Sequence record: HM114315.1
DNA from: Acinetobacter phage 133
DNA: 64,000 nt
Strand: one strand, 5' to 3'
Below the pieces are notes generated by a model. That model was not told the DNA's origin, made no database searches, and saw only the letters and a list, made by a program, of their open reading frames with translations. Shown here piece after piece: positions 28,062 to 38,199 of the stretch (the stretch's first letter is position 1; every line of letters begins with the position of its first letter). The position numbers were made by a program, and so were the translations under genes.

Positions 28062-28300
28062 TTAAGAGTCACCACTAAATGTCGAGCGGCTTTATTAGCA
28101 CGAGAACATAAACGTTTTGCATATTTAATGTTATCTACTTTTTCAAGGGACTCCAATGCTTTTTTTTGAGCCGGGTTTAAATGGTTGAATCGTTTCAGGA
28201 AATGATATATTGCAGCTAGGACATCCAAGTCTGTACCGTAATTATCATGTCCTTTTCGCCACGCTTCTCGTTGTATGTTTAATATATCTTTGATTTCCAT
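28058..28300 (-). CDS. Hypothetical protein
   Basis: ATG at 28300 with a perfect AGGAGG RBS 6 nt upstream. Confidence 0.5.
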   Translation of the reverse strand: MEIKDILNIQREAWRKGHDNYGTDLDVLAAIYHFLKRFNHLNPAQKKALESLEKVDNIKYAKRLCSRANKAARHLVVTLK

Positions 28301-28337
28301 TATTGGCCTCCTGATGCACAAGAGTATTTATGGAAAT

Positions 28338-28357
28338 GAAAAAGGTCCCGAAGGACC
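28338..28357 (-). terminator. Terminator with UUCG tetraloop (minus strand)
   Basis: GGTCCCGAAGGACC with a flanking A-run/T-run. Confidence 0.6.
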
Positions 28358-28358
28358 T

Positions 28359-28667
28359 TTATTTACACTCGCTTGCGACTTCTGTGGCTTTGTTATAATC
28401 CCAACCTTTGCCTGGAATTTTATCAAATGGAATTTCACCTGTAATTGCGCCATTCTTAACAATAAGAATACGCGTACGATAGTTTTTGTTCATGATTTGT
28501 TCCATTAGTTCGCTTGTCGTAACTAATGTTCCATTAGTTTTTTCGAAAACCTGGAGAACTTCATTTTTAGCATAATCATTTTTAGAAGCATACTTATCTA
28601 CAATGGGCTGTAGGTCTTTGCGAGCTTGTATGCTTTCATTTAGTTGGTCAAGGAGATATGCTGACAT
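28359..28667 (-). CDS. Hypothetical protein; N-terminus shares the LDQLNE motif with Alt
   Basis: ATG at 28667 overlaps the gp31 stop as TAATG. MSAYLLDQLNESI compared with Alt MLDQLNEVF. Confidence 0.45.
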   Translation of the reverse strand: MSAYLLDQLNESIQARKDLQPIVDKYASKNDYAKNEVLQVFEKTNGTLVTTSELMEQIMNKNYRTRILIVKNGAITGEIPFDKIPGKGWDYNKATEVASECK

Positions 28668-29002
28668 TATTGGTCTCGATATACGGTTGAAAATGCTTTC
28701 CAATGGATACTCGTGTATTTTTCACGAATTTCTTTTGGTTCTTTACGGCCTTCAATTACATCAGGGTGTGGGACATTACGCATATTACCGGTACCTGGTG
28801 GAATTGCAGTAAGATCACCAATTTGTAATACACCAGGAGGCACGTCTGGTCCGATCGAATAAACTGTCAAATATTCGGGCAGTTCACTTTGCTCTACTTG
28901 GCCTAAAAAAAGACCCGTTTCCGATAGAATTTCATCGCCTTGCTGGCGTGGAGTAGAAACTACGATTACATATTCGCCGACTGCATTAATTGACTTTGAC
29001 AT
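28667..29002 (-). CDS. 31: Co-chaperonin gp31 (GroES-like)
   Basis: 111 aa, the same length as T4 gp31. Aligns (AVGEYVI.VS.P.Q.GDE, NVPHPDVIEG.KEPKEI.EKYTS.HWKA). Confidence 0.9.
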   Translation of the reverse strand: MSKSINAVGEYVIVVSTPRQQGDEILSETGLFLGQVEQSELPEYLTVYSIGPDVPPGVLQIGDLTAIPPGTGNMRNVPHPDVIEGRKEPKEIREKYTSIHWKAFSTVYRDQ

Positions 29003-29005
29003 GAC

Positions 29006-29335
29006 TCACCCTTGATTGGTTGGTAAAATATTATTTATATCGATTCCATTTAAGCTAATGATTTTATCTAGCTTGCATGCACGCCATCCTTTGGCTTCAA
29101 CGTCATATAGCGCAATTGAAGTATTGGACACGACACGGGTAGTACCATCCTTTTTAGGGGGTGGATTCATTTGTTTTTCGAATTCATCTAACCCAATCAC
29201 ATTTGGATCACGAGTACCCTTTAACGTACGCTCATCACCATTCGTTTTAGTGAATACGATCGTGTGAACACCTGCAGCAAAAATAGTTTTTAAATGCTGT
29301 AATGCTTGAGGAAAATCCTCGATCTTAATTGCCAT
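29006..29335 (-). CDS. Hypothetical protein (gene 31.1 position)
   Basis: ATG at 29335 with GGAGG RBS; the track's start is TTG. No secure homology. Confidence 0.4.
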   Translation of the reverse strand: MAIKIEDFPQALQHLKTIFAAGVHTIVFTKTNGDERTLKGTRDPNVIGLDEFEKQMNPPPKKDGTTRVVSNTSIALYDVEAKGWRACKLDKIISLNGIDINNILPTNQG

Positions 29336-29882
29336 GTTGGCCTCCGAAATTAACAATGGTTCCCCAATTTAGTTGATGAAGCTTCTGCTTGCCAATCTGG
29401 TGTACTTCAATCCCTGCTTCTGTGAGGATTTTTTCCCAACCCGGCGTAATACGGTCATAGGTCTCAGAGTATACCAGTTGTTTGATACCTGACTGGGCAA
29501 TAGCTTTTGCGCAATCTGCACATGGGCTAAGAGTAACGTACAGGGTCGCACCTTCAATGGCGGTTCCGTTACGAGCTGCATATAAGATCGCATTAAGTTC
29601 CGCATGAATTTCATTATGCGCGGACCATTTACTGTGTAAGTCCCGACATTCGGTTTTGAGTGTGACCCGATTAATGTGTGGAGGAGCTGGGTCGTACTGT
29701 CCAGTTGTCCAGTTTTGTTCTGACGCATGATCACAGCAATTTACTCCTCCGGCTGGCGAGCCGTTATAACCAGTCGAAATAATACGACCATTTTTTGCAA
29801 TTACTGCACCGACTTTCCACGATACGCATTTTGATTCTTGTGAAACTAAATACGCAATTTGCATGAATGTACTAGACTTCAT
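29325..29882 (-). CDS. cd: dCMP deaminase
   Basis: Aligns with T4 Cd from MKSSTFMQIAYLVSQESKC. Zinc motifs HAELNAI and PCADCAKAI. Confidence 0.9.
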   Translation of the reverse strand: MKSSTFMQIAYLVSQESKCVSWKVGAVIAKNGRIISTGYNGSPAGGVNCCDHASEQNWTTGQYDPAPPHINRVTLKTECRDLHSKWSAHNEIHAELNAILYAARNGTAIEGATLYVTLSPCADCAKAIAQSGIKQLVYSETYDRITPGWEKILTEAGIEVHQIGKQKLHQLNWGTIVNFGGQHGN

Positions 29883-30393
29883 TTTTGTGCTCACGATAAT
29901 TGAAATAATAAGATTCATTTGTACCCGCCCAACCACAACCGGGCTCATACTGCATATCATAATGACCGGGTTTGTTAATATCGCTAGATGAATACATTGG
30001 ATCACCAATCATATCCCAATATTTTTGAGCAAGTAAAGGGTTATTCGTAACTAGTTCTTCTAAGTCAATGATGTCAAAATATGAATCCTGTACTGCACAC
30101 AGTGCAAAGTCAAGGCCTGCTGCAAATAAATAACGAACTAGATTACCATACCGTTTTGAATTTATACCGGATGTGATCTGTACATAACCGTCATCCAAAG
30201 CAACAAACCGAGGTTCTTCCGGGGTGGCAACTTTATCAATACCAGCCTGGGTATAATTATCCGGGCTCAAATCCCATAATGCAGCATCCATTTTTGATAA
30301 ATCTGATCGATCCAATTTACCTAGCGCAATTGCTCGATCCAATAATTCTGAGGGCAACTTAATTACAATGCGAAATCCTGTATACATTCCCAT
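29872..30393 (-). CDS. Hypothetical protein
   Basis: 173 aa ORF upstream of cd, in the same operon. Confidence 0.45.
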   Translation of the reverse strand: MGMYTGFRIVIKLPSELLDRAIALGKLDRSDLSKMDAALWDLSPDNYTQAGIDKVATPEEPRFVALDDGYVQITSGINSKRYGNLVRYLFAAGLDFALCAVQDSYFDIIDLEELVTNNPLLAQKYWDMIGDPMYSSSDINKPGHYDMQYEPGCGWAGTNESYYFNYREHKNEV

Positions 30394-30402
30394 GGGTAAC
30401 TC

Positions 30403-30858
30403 CTATCGACAAGATGGATGTGGCTCACCATAAGTCATAAAGTTGACCAGGTTTGCTTCAGCGTCACAATTCTTCATTGCTTGTTCATATGTGTCACTAT
30501 TGCGCACACGGCGTCCCGCAGCATCGGTTTCATACTCAGGACGCACATTTGTGCGCTTTACCTTTTCCTCTTCATTACGGACCTTTGCGGCGTCTTGGTT
30601 CAATTGGATTGCATTAATGTTCAACTCATTAACTTGTGATTGAAGGCTATCTACTTGAGCAGTAAGACTTTCAATTGTCGCTTTATCAATCACAGGTTGT
30701 TTATGTGAAACTTCCTTGGCCAACTGCATAATAGCAGCCTGGTGATTAGATCGAACAAAGTAATCGTTTGCACTATTTACAATAAGGCCGAGTCCAAGAA
30801 TTATACTACATACTGCCAATAAAGGCGTTGTTCGTACTGGTTTGTCTAAAAATTTCAT
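30403..30858 (-). CDS. Hypothetical membrane-anchored coiled-coil protein
   Basis: N-terminal transmembrane segment (LLAVCSIILGLGLIV) followed by a heptad-like region. Confidence 0.45.
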   Translation of the reverse strand: MKFLDKPVRTTPLLAVCSIILGLGLIVNSANDYFVRSNHQAAIMQLAKEVSHKQPVIDKATIESLTAQVDSLQSQVNELNINAIQLNQDAAKVRNEEEKVKRTNVRPEYETDAAGRRVRNSDTYEQAMKNCDAEANLVNFMTYGEPHPSCR

Positions 30859-31175
30859 GTTAATTCCTTCAATTTTCGAATTGCTACATTGCGGACATTT
30901 TTATCCGCGTCATGTTGCAAAATGTCTAGGCCATATTTTTTCCCAGCGACCTGTGCACGAACTAATGGCGTAGGATCTGTAATAAAATGATCCAAACGAT
31001 ATCCATGATTAACACATGCCGCACGGACAAGTTCATTTGAATCATACATCATCACATCCAAGGCATGGCCTTGTCTAGCAACTTCTACTCGCACTAAGTA
31101 ATGCGGATCTTCCATAAGAACATCCAAGTTTACTTTATTTTGAGCTTGTTCTAAACGAGTAGCTAATGAAATCAT
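30855..31175 (-). CDS. Repeat protein with LRV/HEAT-like repeats
   Basis: Three approximately 24 aa repeats (D..YLVRVEVARQGH / DSNELVRAACVNHGY / DPTPLVRAQVAGKKY). Confidence 0.45.
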   Translation of the reverse strand: MISLATRLEQAQNKVNLDVLMEDPHYLVRVEVARQGHALDVMMYDSNELVRAACVNHGYRLDHFITDPTPLVRAQVAGKKYGLDILQHDADKNVRNVAIRKLKELT

Positions 31176-31233
31176 AATGGTCTCAAATGTTTTGGTATGA
31201 GTTTATTATGCACGTATTAAACTGAAATGTAAA

Positions 31234-31554
31234 CTACCCTAACGCCAAATAACGAGTATTTCTTGTTTGTAACACAATAAATTTAGAATCTGCTGCAACT
31301 TTAAGGCTTTGTACAGGAGAAATTGTGACACCTGACCCGGATGGGAACCGATTTCGGGAGTCAAATAAGATATATCCACCTAACCCATATTCACTCGGCC
31401 GAATAATCAGGAACGCATCACACTCATGGAATTGCATAATCTTTTTAATATTTGCAATTTCAACAGCGTGTGCAATTTCAAGTTGCACTTCTAAATCGTC
31501 TTGGCCTAGGGACTTAACGTTGTCCATTAAAGTTAGTAATTTAGTTCTTAACAT
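31234..31554 (-). CDS. Hypothetical protein
   Basis: ORF in the operon. Confidence 0.4.
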   Translation of the reverse strand: MLRTKLLTLMDNVKSLGQDDLEVQLEIAHAVEIANIKKIMQFHECDAFLIIRPSEYGLGGYILFDSRNRFPSGSGVTISPVQSLKVAADSKFIVLQTRNTRYLALG

Positions 31555-32090
31555 TGTACTTCCTCACATTTAACAATATTTGCGATGCCTTTAGTATTAC
31601 GGATGAATTGCTTGCTAGCTTCAACTGCATTTTTCGCATACACAACATCAGGTAAGCTTTTACTGTACCCAGTGTAATAAATCAGGAACTTTTTCAAATA
31701 CCCAAAATGACAGAACATATCGGCATTATATGCACCGAAACTACCTCGGATCAAGTCTTCCATTGAGCGCCACCCGACTTTGCCCGCTTCGTCTTCTTTT
31801 GGATACGCGTTATCGACCCCAATCAAGTCAGTTGCATGATAGGTAGTAACTTCCCAACCCCCTTCAACTTGGACAAACGGGTTGCCCATATCAATACTTA
31901 ACTTCATGCCTGTTTCTTCAAGACATTCACGATATGCACATTCTGCGATTGTTTCACCCAGGTCCAGTTTCCCGCCAGGTAATCCCCAGTCATTGTGATC
32001 GTGTTTGCGAGACACACTAAGAAAGCGATAAGTATCTTTATACGGCTGGGCCATTAATACACATGCCGATTGTTTCATTCTTGCCACCAT
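31548..32090 (-). CDS. Nudix hydrolase
   Basis: Canonical Nudix box [23 protein letters not shown]. Start ambiguous: ATG at 32090, or ATG at 32078 with GGTGG RBS. Confidence 0.8.
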   Translation of the reverse strand: MVARMKQSACVLMAQPYKDTYRFLSVSRKHDHNDWGLPGGKLDLGETIAECAYRECLEETGMKLSIDMGNPFVQVEGGWEVTTYHATDLIGVDNAYPKEDEAGKVGWRSMEDLIRGSFGAYNADMFCHFGYLKKFLIYYTGYSKSLPDVVYAKNAVEASKQFIRNTKGIANIVKCEEVQC

Positions 32091-32181
32091 TCAATTGTCA
32101 TATTAAAACTGTTTTTAACTGTTACTTTGAAGCCATCTAACCACTTGCCTTGGGCAAGGTTTCTCATTTCACGGGCAAAAC

Positions 32182-32538
32182 TCATCCTTTTTCCCAGCTA
32201 ATTGTAATTGTACTGCCTGTATCACCAATGGCGTTATTTACCACAAAGCCATTCTTTTGTAGTAGGCTAACCATGGAGCTCCGCAAAAGATCCTGTCGGT
32301 CTTTAACCGCTTGTATAGGATGGGCCAGTTTCTCATTGAAGGACCACATATAACCAGGTACACTATAACGGTTAAAGTTTGACGTCCAACCATTGAAGTG
32401 TACAAAGAATTCACCATTTAAAGCCGCTTCATTAATGCACTCCATCAATTCATTGTAATCACGTTGTACTACATTTACGGGGAGGGCGTCAAGTTTGGCT
32501 TGAGTTGCTACAAGAAACATATCATGCGCATTAGTCAT
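32182..32538 (-). CDS. Hypothetical protein
   Basis: ORF coupled by ATGA overlap. Confidence 0.45.
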   Translation of the reverse strand: MTNAHDMFLVATQAKLDALPVNVVQRDYNELMECINEAALNGEFFVHFNGWTSNFNRYSVPGYMWSFNEKLAHPIQAVKDRQDLLRSSMVSLLQKNGFVVNNAIGDTGSTITISWEKG

Positions 32539-32912
32539 ACGTGTTTTCCATTTTTAAGTTGTACATAACCAAGGACCAGTACGGTTTCATCCCCGGATTG
32601 GCATAAGTAAATCCCGGGCGATTCAATGAGTTTGCCAGAATCAATTGTTTGATCGACTCGAGTACCATCAATAAAGTGTGGGCTACCAAATGTATACCCA
32701 CGAGTAACCGGCTCCATGTACATCCAAGAATCAAATGCTGATACCAGGATGTAATCATACTTAGGGACCGGTTTAATCGAATCTTTGAACATGCGTTCAA
32801 TGAACGGAACCAGTTCGCGCTGGATGTTTTCAAGTTCACTTTTCCCAATGGTTCCACCGTACCACGGGAAACCAATATTGGACAGGTACTGTTGTAACGG
32901 TGACGTTCCCAT
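32535..32912 (-). CDS. Hypothetical protein (downstream of pseT)
   Basis: ATG at 32912 overlaps the pseT stop as TAATG. Confidence 0.45.
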   Translation of the reverse strand: MGTSPLQQYLSNIGFPWYGGTIGKSELENIQRELVPFIERMFKDSIKPVPKYDYILVSAFDSWMYMEPVTRGYTFGSPHFIDGTRVDQTIDSGKLIESPGIYLCQSGDETVLVLGYVQLKNGKHV

Positions 32913-33832
32913 TAGAACTCCCCAAAATTTACTTGGGCACAATTGACGCCAATACGACGCCACATTTCACACACCCGGTCGCGATCGTCCACGGCCAATT
33001 CTACATCCCACAGGTGTGAAATTTTGTTCCAGAAGATTTCTTCCTTGACAATATCGTCAGCACGATTATCATTCCACCCACGCATGAACAAGACATCCCA
33101 AGGAATTTTGTGATCGCTAAGCCATTGTGCAGTAGCATGCCAGTGCTTATCATGTTGCTCTGCATCACCTGCATTACGACCTGATACACAGATAATTTCG
33201 TATTCGTTCTGCTTGTACATGCGGGCCAGGTTGACAACAAACTCGATTGGTGTATCTTTGCCCAGGTGTTCGTATGCAAAAGCACCACGGTGATCATTAT
33301 TGGCCAAAGTACCATCCAGGTCAAAGATTACGGCTTTTTGTAAATCGCCCGATGGAGTGTACTGCTTATGATCGCCCATGTACTTCTGCATTTTTAAATA
33401 CATATCACGTAACACGGGTTTTGGAACCGCTTTATCACCACGTTTTAAATTACGCTTTTCCAGAGTAATCCAGGTTTCTTGGAACGGTTTTTCAATAAAC
33501 AATACTTGCGTGCCTGTGGCCTGGATATAATCGTCTACATAAGCAGCATAATCTTTACGAGTTGATTCATTTAGGTTTGTATCTGCAATGATAATTGTTG
33601 ACACTGATTGATCCAACAATAGTGTGGTCAGAGTGTCACGCATCATTTGAGTTACAGTTTTCTCATTCGCACGAGAATATTTGTACACATTTTCACCAGC
33701 CAACATGCTGCGTAAATTGTCACGATTCAGGACAACTACACGAGCGCCACCTTTTGAAGTAGCTGCTTGCTCTTTAGCCCATGTGCTTTTACCAGAACCA
33801 GGTGCACCAACTGTTAAAATAACTTTTTTCAT
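32912..33832 (-). CDS. pseT: Polynucleotide 5-prime kinase / 3-prime phosphatase
   Basis: Aligns with T4 Pnk: P-loop GAPGSGKST, phosphatase motif IFDLDGTLA, C-terminal VKEEIFW...IDDR..V.EMWRRIGV.C.QV..G.F. Confidence 0.9.
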   Translation of the reverse strand: MKKVILTVGAPGSGKSTWAKEQAATSKGGARVVVLNRDNLRSMLAGENVYKYSRANEKTVTQMMRDTLTTLLLDQSVSTIIIADTNLNESTRKDYAAYVDDYIQATGTQVLFIEKPFQETWITLEKRNLKRGDKAVPKPVLRDMYLKMQKYMGDHKQYTPSGDLQKAVIFDLDGTLANNDHRGAFAYEHLGKDTPIEFVVNLARMYKQNEYEIICVSGRNAGDAEQHDKHWHATAQWLSDHKIPWDVLFMRGWNDNRADDIVKEEIFWNKISHLWDVELAVDDRDRVCEMWRRIGVNCAQVNFGEF

Positions 33833-34161
33833 TTCAGATCCTTATAATCTACTACATTTTTGACATCAAACTTAACACATTCTTCGTTAGATGGCCCAGT
33901 TACATATTCCGCCTCTTGCATGACCCACCAATCATCAGTATCCGGAAAATATGACCAATGTGCAACTGTACGATATTCAACGGGTTCCGCATAGTCAGTT
34001 TGAGTCCATGTATAATGTGCCATACCATTGATAGAAAGTACACGGCCCTTTTCAAATGAAACTGATGCAAAATAACAATCTACAATATTTTCAATGCGAT
34101 ATGTTTCGCCAATGCCTGATTTAATTTCATCTGGGCTTGGTAACTTAATGTTAATTTCCAT
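33829..34161 (-). CDS. Hypothetical protein
   Basis: ORF coupled to pseT. Confidence 0.4.
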   Translation of the reverse strand: MEINIKLPSPDEIKSGIGETYRIENIVDCYFASVSFEKGRVLSINGMAHYTWTQTDYAEPVEYRTVAHWSYFPDTDDWWVMQEAEYVTGPSNEECVKFDVKNVVDYKDLK

Positions 34162-34162
34162 A

Positions 34163-34408
34163 TTACCCCCAAATTGAATTTAAAACTACAGCCCATAATT
34201 TTGTGCGGATAACCGTACAGTGAATGTAATGGCCTGGCCATTTTAAAATAGCACAGCCCGTATATCGGCAAACTTCAAGACGAACTACACCTAATGTTTG
34301 GACACGCACTTGATAATGAACCGCATCACCCGCAGGATGTGAACTAATCACTTCTAAGATTTTACGATAATTCGTTTTTCCTTGATCCGTGTACTTAATA
34401 CCTTTCAT
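34163..34408 (-). CDS. Hypothetical protein
   Basis: ORF in the array. Confidence 0.3.
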   Translation of the reverse strand: MKGIKYTDQGKTNYRKILEVISSHPAGDAVHYQVRVQTLGVVRLEVCRYTGCAILKWPGHYIHCTVIRTKLWAVVLNSIWG

Positions 34409-34587
34409 TTCAGTTTCACCTTTTTAAGTTTTCCGCAGAACTCACACCGGTTAACGTACACCCGGTGAGTGGTTCCATACCGACATACATCAACCACATC
34501 AACAGTGTGGTATTTGTGTTTACAACGGAAAAATAGAAAATCTATTAACTCCGGAAAGAACCAGAACAAACTGTCTAAAAAGTGCAT
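34405..34587 (-). CDS. Hypothetical small Cys protein
   Basis: CKHK...C...CEFCG, possibly a zinc ribbon. Confidence 0.3.
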   Translation of the reverse strand: MHFLDSLFWFFPELIDFLFFRCKHKYHTVDVVDVCRYGTTHRVYVNRCEFCGKLKKVKLK

Positions 34588-35114
34588 GATTCACATTCCA
34601 TCTTAACCAGCTCACTATAACGGAGATGCATCAAATTCAATTGGTCTTCCGCATTTTGAATGTACGCAACATGTTTGTTTTGTACAGATTCTAAACCATC
34701 AGTTAAGACTTCCCAAATATCCCGCCAATGCAACACATTAAAGTTTCCGGTGACACGATACAAGTGAGGAGTTTTACCATATCCGGCGTCAAGCTCCCAC
34801 TTATAAGCCCAGTCATACGCTTCCTTGAACGTACTGAATTCAACAGTGTGATAAGGAGGCTTTCCAAAAAGACCATAAAAAGTAAACTTCATTTTGAAGT
34901 CATCTTCCAGCTTACCCTTGAACCAATTATATGCTACTTCAGCATTATTAGTTTCACAAATTTCTTTTGGTACTCCGCCTTCAAACAGATAGCCATGGTA
35001 TCGCATTTGTTGCTGGACAAACGATGCGAATGTTTTATTAATGCCATTACGTGTCGTGTGAAAAAGAGTATACAGATCATCTAGTGCCTTTTGATTCATT
35101 TTCATTTCCTTCAT
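34575..35114 (-). CDS. Hypothetical protein
   Basis: 179 aa ORF. Confidence 0.4.
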   Translation of the reverse strand: MKEMKMNQKALDDLYTLFHTTRNGINKTFASFVQQQMRYHGYLFEGGVPKEICETNNAEVAYNWFKGKLEDDFKMKFTFYGLFGKPPYHTVEFSTFKEAYDWAYKWELDAGYGKTPHLYRVTGNFNVLHWRDIWEVLTDGLESVQNKHVAYIQNAEDQLNLMHLRYSELVKMECESCTF

Positions 35115-35319
35115 CTAGGTTGCCAAATAGTTTCAAATAAATGGGCTCTACATTTATTACCTTTACTGGAGGTTCTTCGAACTTTGACAACTTATATTTT
35201 AAATCGGAAATCTCCGCCTGTTGGTAGAAGATAACCGAGTTTTGTCGGTCAATTTTACTATACAATGTATTGTAAAGATACGCAATTAATAAAATATAAC
35301 CGACGGTTTTTAGTGACAT
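35077..35319 (-). CDS. Hypothetical small membrane protein
   Basis: Hydrophobic N-terminus (VGYILLIAYLY). Confidence 0.3.
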   Translation of the reverse strand: MSLKTVGYILLIAYLYNTLYSKIDRQNSVIFYQQAEISDLKYKLSKFEEPPVKVINVEPIYLKLFGNLDEGNENESKGTR

Positions 35320-35768
35320 AAGAGTTTAATCAGTTTAATCAAGGTTTCTTGATCAATGTAGTTGAATAAAATGTGACGCTTTGACGCCGATGGAACCCCT
35401 TGCATTTCCGCAATAGTTTGCATATCATCAAATGACGTTTCTTTATGCATAATACCTAAACGGTACGTTGCCGCAGAGGTACAAATAATATAACACTTGC
35501 AACCATTAATGTGAACGTTTGGTTGAGTTTTATTGATAAAAACATCCGCCTTGGGGAATTCCATTTCTAGAACTCGCTTCATTTCTTCGATATGATTGGA
35601 CTTACGCAACTTGGAAGTGCCTTTGCGTTCTTGTTCTTTCATAACTTCGGCACGAAGTTCGGCATAAGTACGATGCTTGCCTTTGATATTAATGCCACAC
35701 CAATTGGGTGTGCCTGGAAATAATTCCTGAAGTTTTTGGTGGGTTAATTTTTCTAAAGTGTAATGCAT
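35310..35768 (-). CDS. Hypothetical protein
   Basis: 152 aa ORF directly after a terminator. Confidence 0.4.
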   Translation of the reverse strand: MHYTLEKLTHQKLQELFPGTPNWCGINIKGKHRTYAELRAEVMKEQERKGTSKLRKSNHIEEMKRVLEMEFPKADVFINKTQPNVHINGCKCYIICTSAATYRLGIMHKETSFDDMQTIAEMQGVPSASKRHILFNYIDQETLIKLIKLLCH

Positions 35769-35801
35769 AAAAAAGTCCTCAAGGATTGCTCAATGAGGAC
35801 T
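35769..35801 (-). terminator. Terminator after the spanin genes
   Basis: AGTCCTCA, 12 nt loop, TGAGGACT, then a U-run on the minus strand. Confidence 0.5.
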
Positions 35802-35817
35802 ATATTGCACAGGTTTA

Positions 35818-36102
35818 TTAAGGTTGTACACTACTTTTGCATTTTATTTCATCTGGTTGATGAAAACAGACCATCGTCTTTAAGTCCTTGATATACCGAA
35901 GCACATCAGACTGCCAAATAACAAAGTCCTGGAACTCGGTCAATGGCATTTGAACCTGCTTGTTAACATCACCCGAAACGCGCCAGTTTGCTTCATATGG
36001 AACAATAGGGTCAGGCCAAGACACTTTTACAGGTTCTACCTTTACAGGCGATGTGGTGCAACCGGTGAGCACCAGAGCCAACAATAATATACTAGCTTTC
36101 AT
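35818..36102 (-). CDS. Outer-membrane spanin (o-spanin, Rz1-like lipoprotein)
   Basis: Signal peptide plus lipobox LLLALVLTGC. Small Pro-rich mature part. Overlaps the i-spanin 3-prime end by 11 nt. Confidence 0.6.
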   Translation of the reverse strand: MKASILLLALVLTGCTTSPVKVEPVKVSWPDPIVPYEANWRVSGDVNKQVQMPLTEFQDFVIWQSDVLRYIKDLKTMVCFHQPDEIKCKSSVQP

Positions 36103-36445
36103 TGATCTTACTCGCTATGTTATTGAATGCTTGATTCAAGATTAATTCCGCTTCCTTGTTATTGGTCTTTTCCACCACCTTCACGACTTCTTTAATTTGC
36201 ACCGTGTTATTGGTATGCTCAATACGATTGGATTGCATTTCAACTTGGACTCGCTGAATATCAGCAAGCTGAGATTGAATCTTGACGACATTTTCATTTG
36301 CCACTTGTACATTGACATTCATTTCTTTAAGCTTGGTCTCCAGGATATCATTTCGATAGTCCTGGATCTTCCACATACCGCCTAAAATAAGAAATGCAAC
36401 GGCCACAATGATGGCAATAATTGCACTAGGTTTTAATTGGATCAC
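36092..36445 (-). CDS. Inner-membrane spanin (i-spanin, Rz-like)
   Basis: N-terminal transmembrane helix plus coiled coil. GTG start with a strong GGAGGA RBS. Confidence 0.6.
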   Translation of the reverse strand: MIQLKPSAIIAIIVAVAFLILGGMWKIQDYRNDILETKLKEMNVNVQVANENVVKIQSQLADIQRVQVEMQSNRIEHTNNTVQIKEVVKVVEKTNNKEAELILNQAFNNIASKINES

Positions 36446-37391
36446 GATACTCCTCCGGGATAAACAGATCTACATTTTTAGTGAATACTTCACTGATGGA
36501 TTCTACTAATGCTTCGGTTGTAATCATTCCATTGAATAAGGACATGAACAGACCAAACAAGTACGGTTTGTTCAATTTAGTTAATTCCGTTTGAGACCCG
36601 ATAGCATAATCTTTACGTGACAAACCGTGGTATTTTTTGTGTAATTCACGGATAACTTTTAAACTGTCCATTAAAAAGTCCAGGAATGTCTTCTCAAACT
36701 TATTGATTTTAGTTAATGAATATTCATCACTGAACAGAGCGCGTACATCATCTAGGACCCCTAGTCGGGCCAACATCATCAGAGCCTTGTTATTGTTCAG
36801 TGACGCTTTAACATTATGCAGTTCACTATACCAATCAGTTTTCACTTTGAAGAACAACCCAGATTGCATTTTGAACACGTAGCCTTCAATGTTTTGCATT
36901 TGATACACGCCTTCTACAAATGCGGATGGATCTTGTCCTTCTTCAATAACATAACCTGGCACTAGGTACTTGCGCAGTACAGGATCCGACTTAAGTTCGT
37001 TGTACGGAACGTAATTACCAGATTCATTTTCACGCACATTTAACAAAATCATGCGGGTATCTTGATAGCCCAATACGACTCGATTATGTGGTGCAACGTA
37101 TTCAAAGTTACATGTGAAACCATCTTCTGCTAATTCTTGTACGCGAAAACGTAGTGCTTCATGGGACCAATCATCCATATATTGGTTCGCCCAGATTGCC
37201 TGATCACTATGGATTGAGGCTTTTGATTTCATGCGCACTCGACCATTGTCCAAATACGTAGAGACTAAAGACCCATCCGCTTTGTCCATGAAGAATTCAA
37301 TCTCATTCATGTCCGGTAATATAACGTCTTTAAAGTTTGAATATAGCGAGTCTAGTCCATGTTCAATCACATAGTCATCAAATTTTGCCAT
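36426..37391 (-). CDS. rnlA: RNA ligase 1 (RnlA), C-terminal two-thirds including the KxDG nucleotidyltransferase motif
   Basis: Aligns with T4 Rnl1 from about residue 85 onward (MDKADGSLVSTYLDNG, AEDGFT.NFE.VAP.NR.VL.YQ, ILLNVRENE.G.Y, NIEGYV, FIPEEY). Own ATG with GGAGAAA RBS. Confidence 0.85.
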   Translation of the reverse strand: MAKFDDYVIEHGLDSLYSNFKDVILPDMNEIEFFMDKADGSLVSTYLDNGRVRMKSKASIHSDQAIWANQYMDDWSHEALRFRVQELAEDGFTCNFEYVAPHNRVVLGYQDTRMILLNVRENESGNYVPYNELKSDPVLRKYLVPGYVIEEGQDPSAFVEGVYQMQNIEGYVFKMQSGLFFKVKTDWYSELHNVKASLNNNKALMMLARLGVLDDVRALFSDEYSLTKINKFEKTFLDFLMDSLKVIRELHKKYHGLSRKDYAIGSQTELTKLNKPYLFGLFMSLFNGMITTEALVESISEVFTKNVDLFIPEEYRDPIKT

Positions 37392-38199
37392 GATATTTCT
37401 CCAATAATTCAGGTATTGACATTTCAGATTTGCCGTGTTTGGCTAAATTGTCGCGCCATGGTATAAATCTTAAATTATGAATACACGCTATTATTTCGGG
37501 GTGTATTCCATTATTAAACCCATCTATGATGGACACGATATGATCCAAGTGATAAGCATTATGATTTCTGCAATGATTATCACGCCGCTCATAAAATGGT
37601 AATTGTGTCAAATCATTTTTATTTGATAACAGTCTAACATCCTTTTGATAACGAGCGTACGATTTTTTATCAAATGATATATGACCATTATCAATACGTC
37701 GTTGTCGGCCATTTCCCAACCACCCAGTATTGACGTTATCACCATACCTAGCACGTATTGTTTTTATGGCTTTTTGCCTGGATTTTGTATAGTCCACTTT
37801 TGATCTGTCACGGGTGGACATTTCGATTGATCGTTTTAAACGTTCAGTTTGTTTCTGTGCAATGTATTCAACGCCGTATTTTTTAACGTTGGTGGCCTTT
37901 ACTTGATTTTGCCAATTGGCGCAACTTGCTCGACATTTAGGAGAGCAATATAAATGGTAGCCCTTTTTAAACCGTTCAAACGTAACTTCATGTCCACAAT
38001 AACAAATTGGACATGAAGTTACGTTATTATTAATGCAATATATAGCCTCAGTTATTGATTTTGACCAAGGACAAAACGACATAAGGTCATCAATAGCAGA
38101 TTGTAAATTATGCTTAACTATATAATCGGGTTTATAAACATATGTATTAATTGAACCCGACTTATTAAGTAAACGAGGGTGGATTTTTGGCTTTATCAT
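37378..38199 (-). mobile_element. Free-standing HNH homing endonuclease gene inserted within rnlA
   Basis: HNH motif HLDHIVSIIDGFNNGIHPEIIACIHNLRFIPWRDN. Zinc-finger-like N-terminus (CPICYCGHE...C). Overlaps both rnlA halves and lies in a different frame. Confidence 0.8.

Noticed and set aside
32150-32160. Short palindrome CCTTGGGCAAGG in the Nudix upstream region
   Set aside because: The loop is too small and there is no U-tract, so it is probably not a terminator.
37378-38199. Possibility that the rnlA interruption is a group I intron or an intein
   Set aside because: The HNH ORF is in a different frame and overlaps both rnlA pieces, leaving no sequence for a ribozyme core. The N-fragment ends in a stop codon and the C-fragment has its own RBS and ATG, so a split gene is the better reading.
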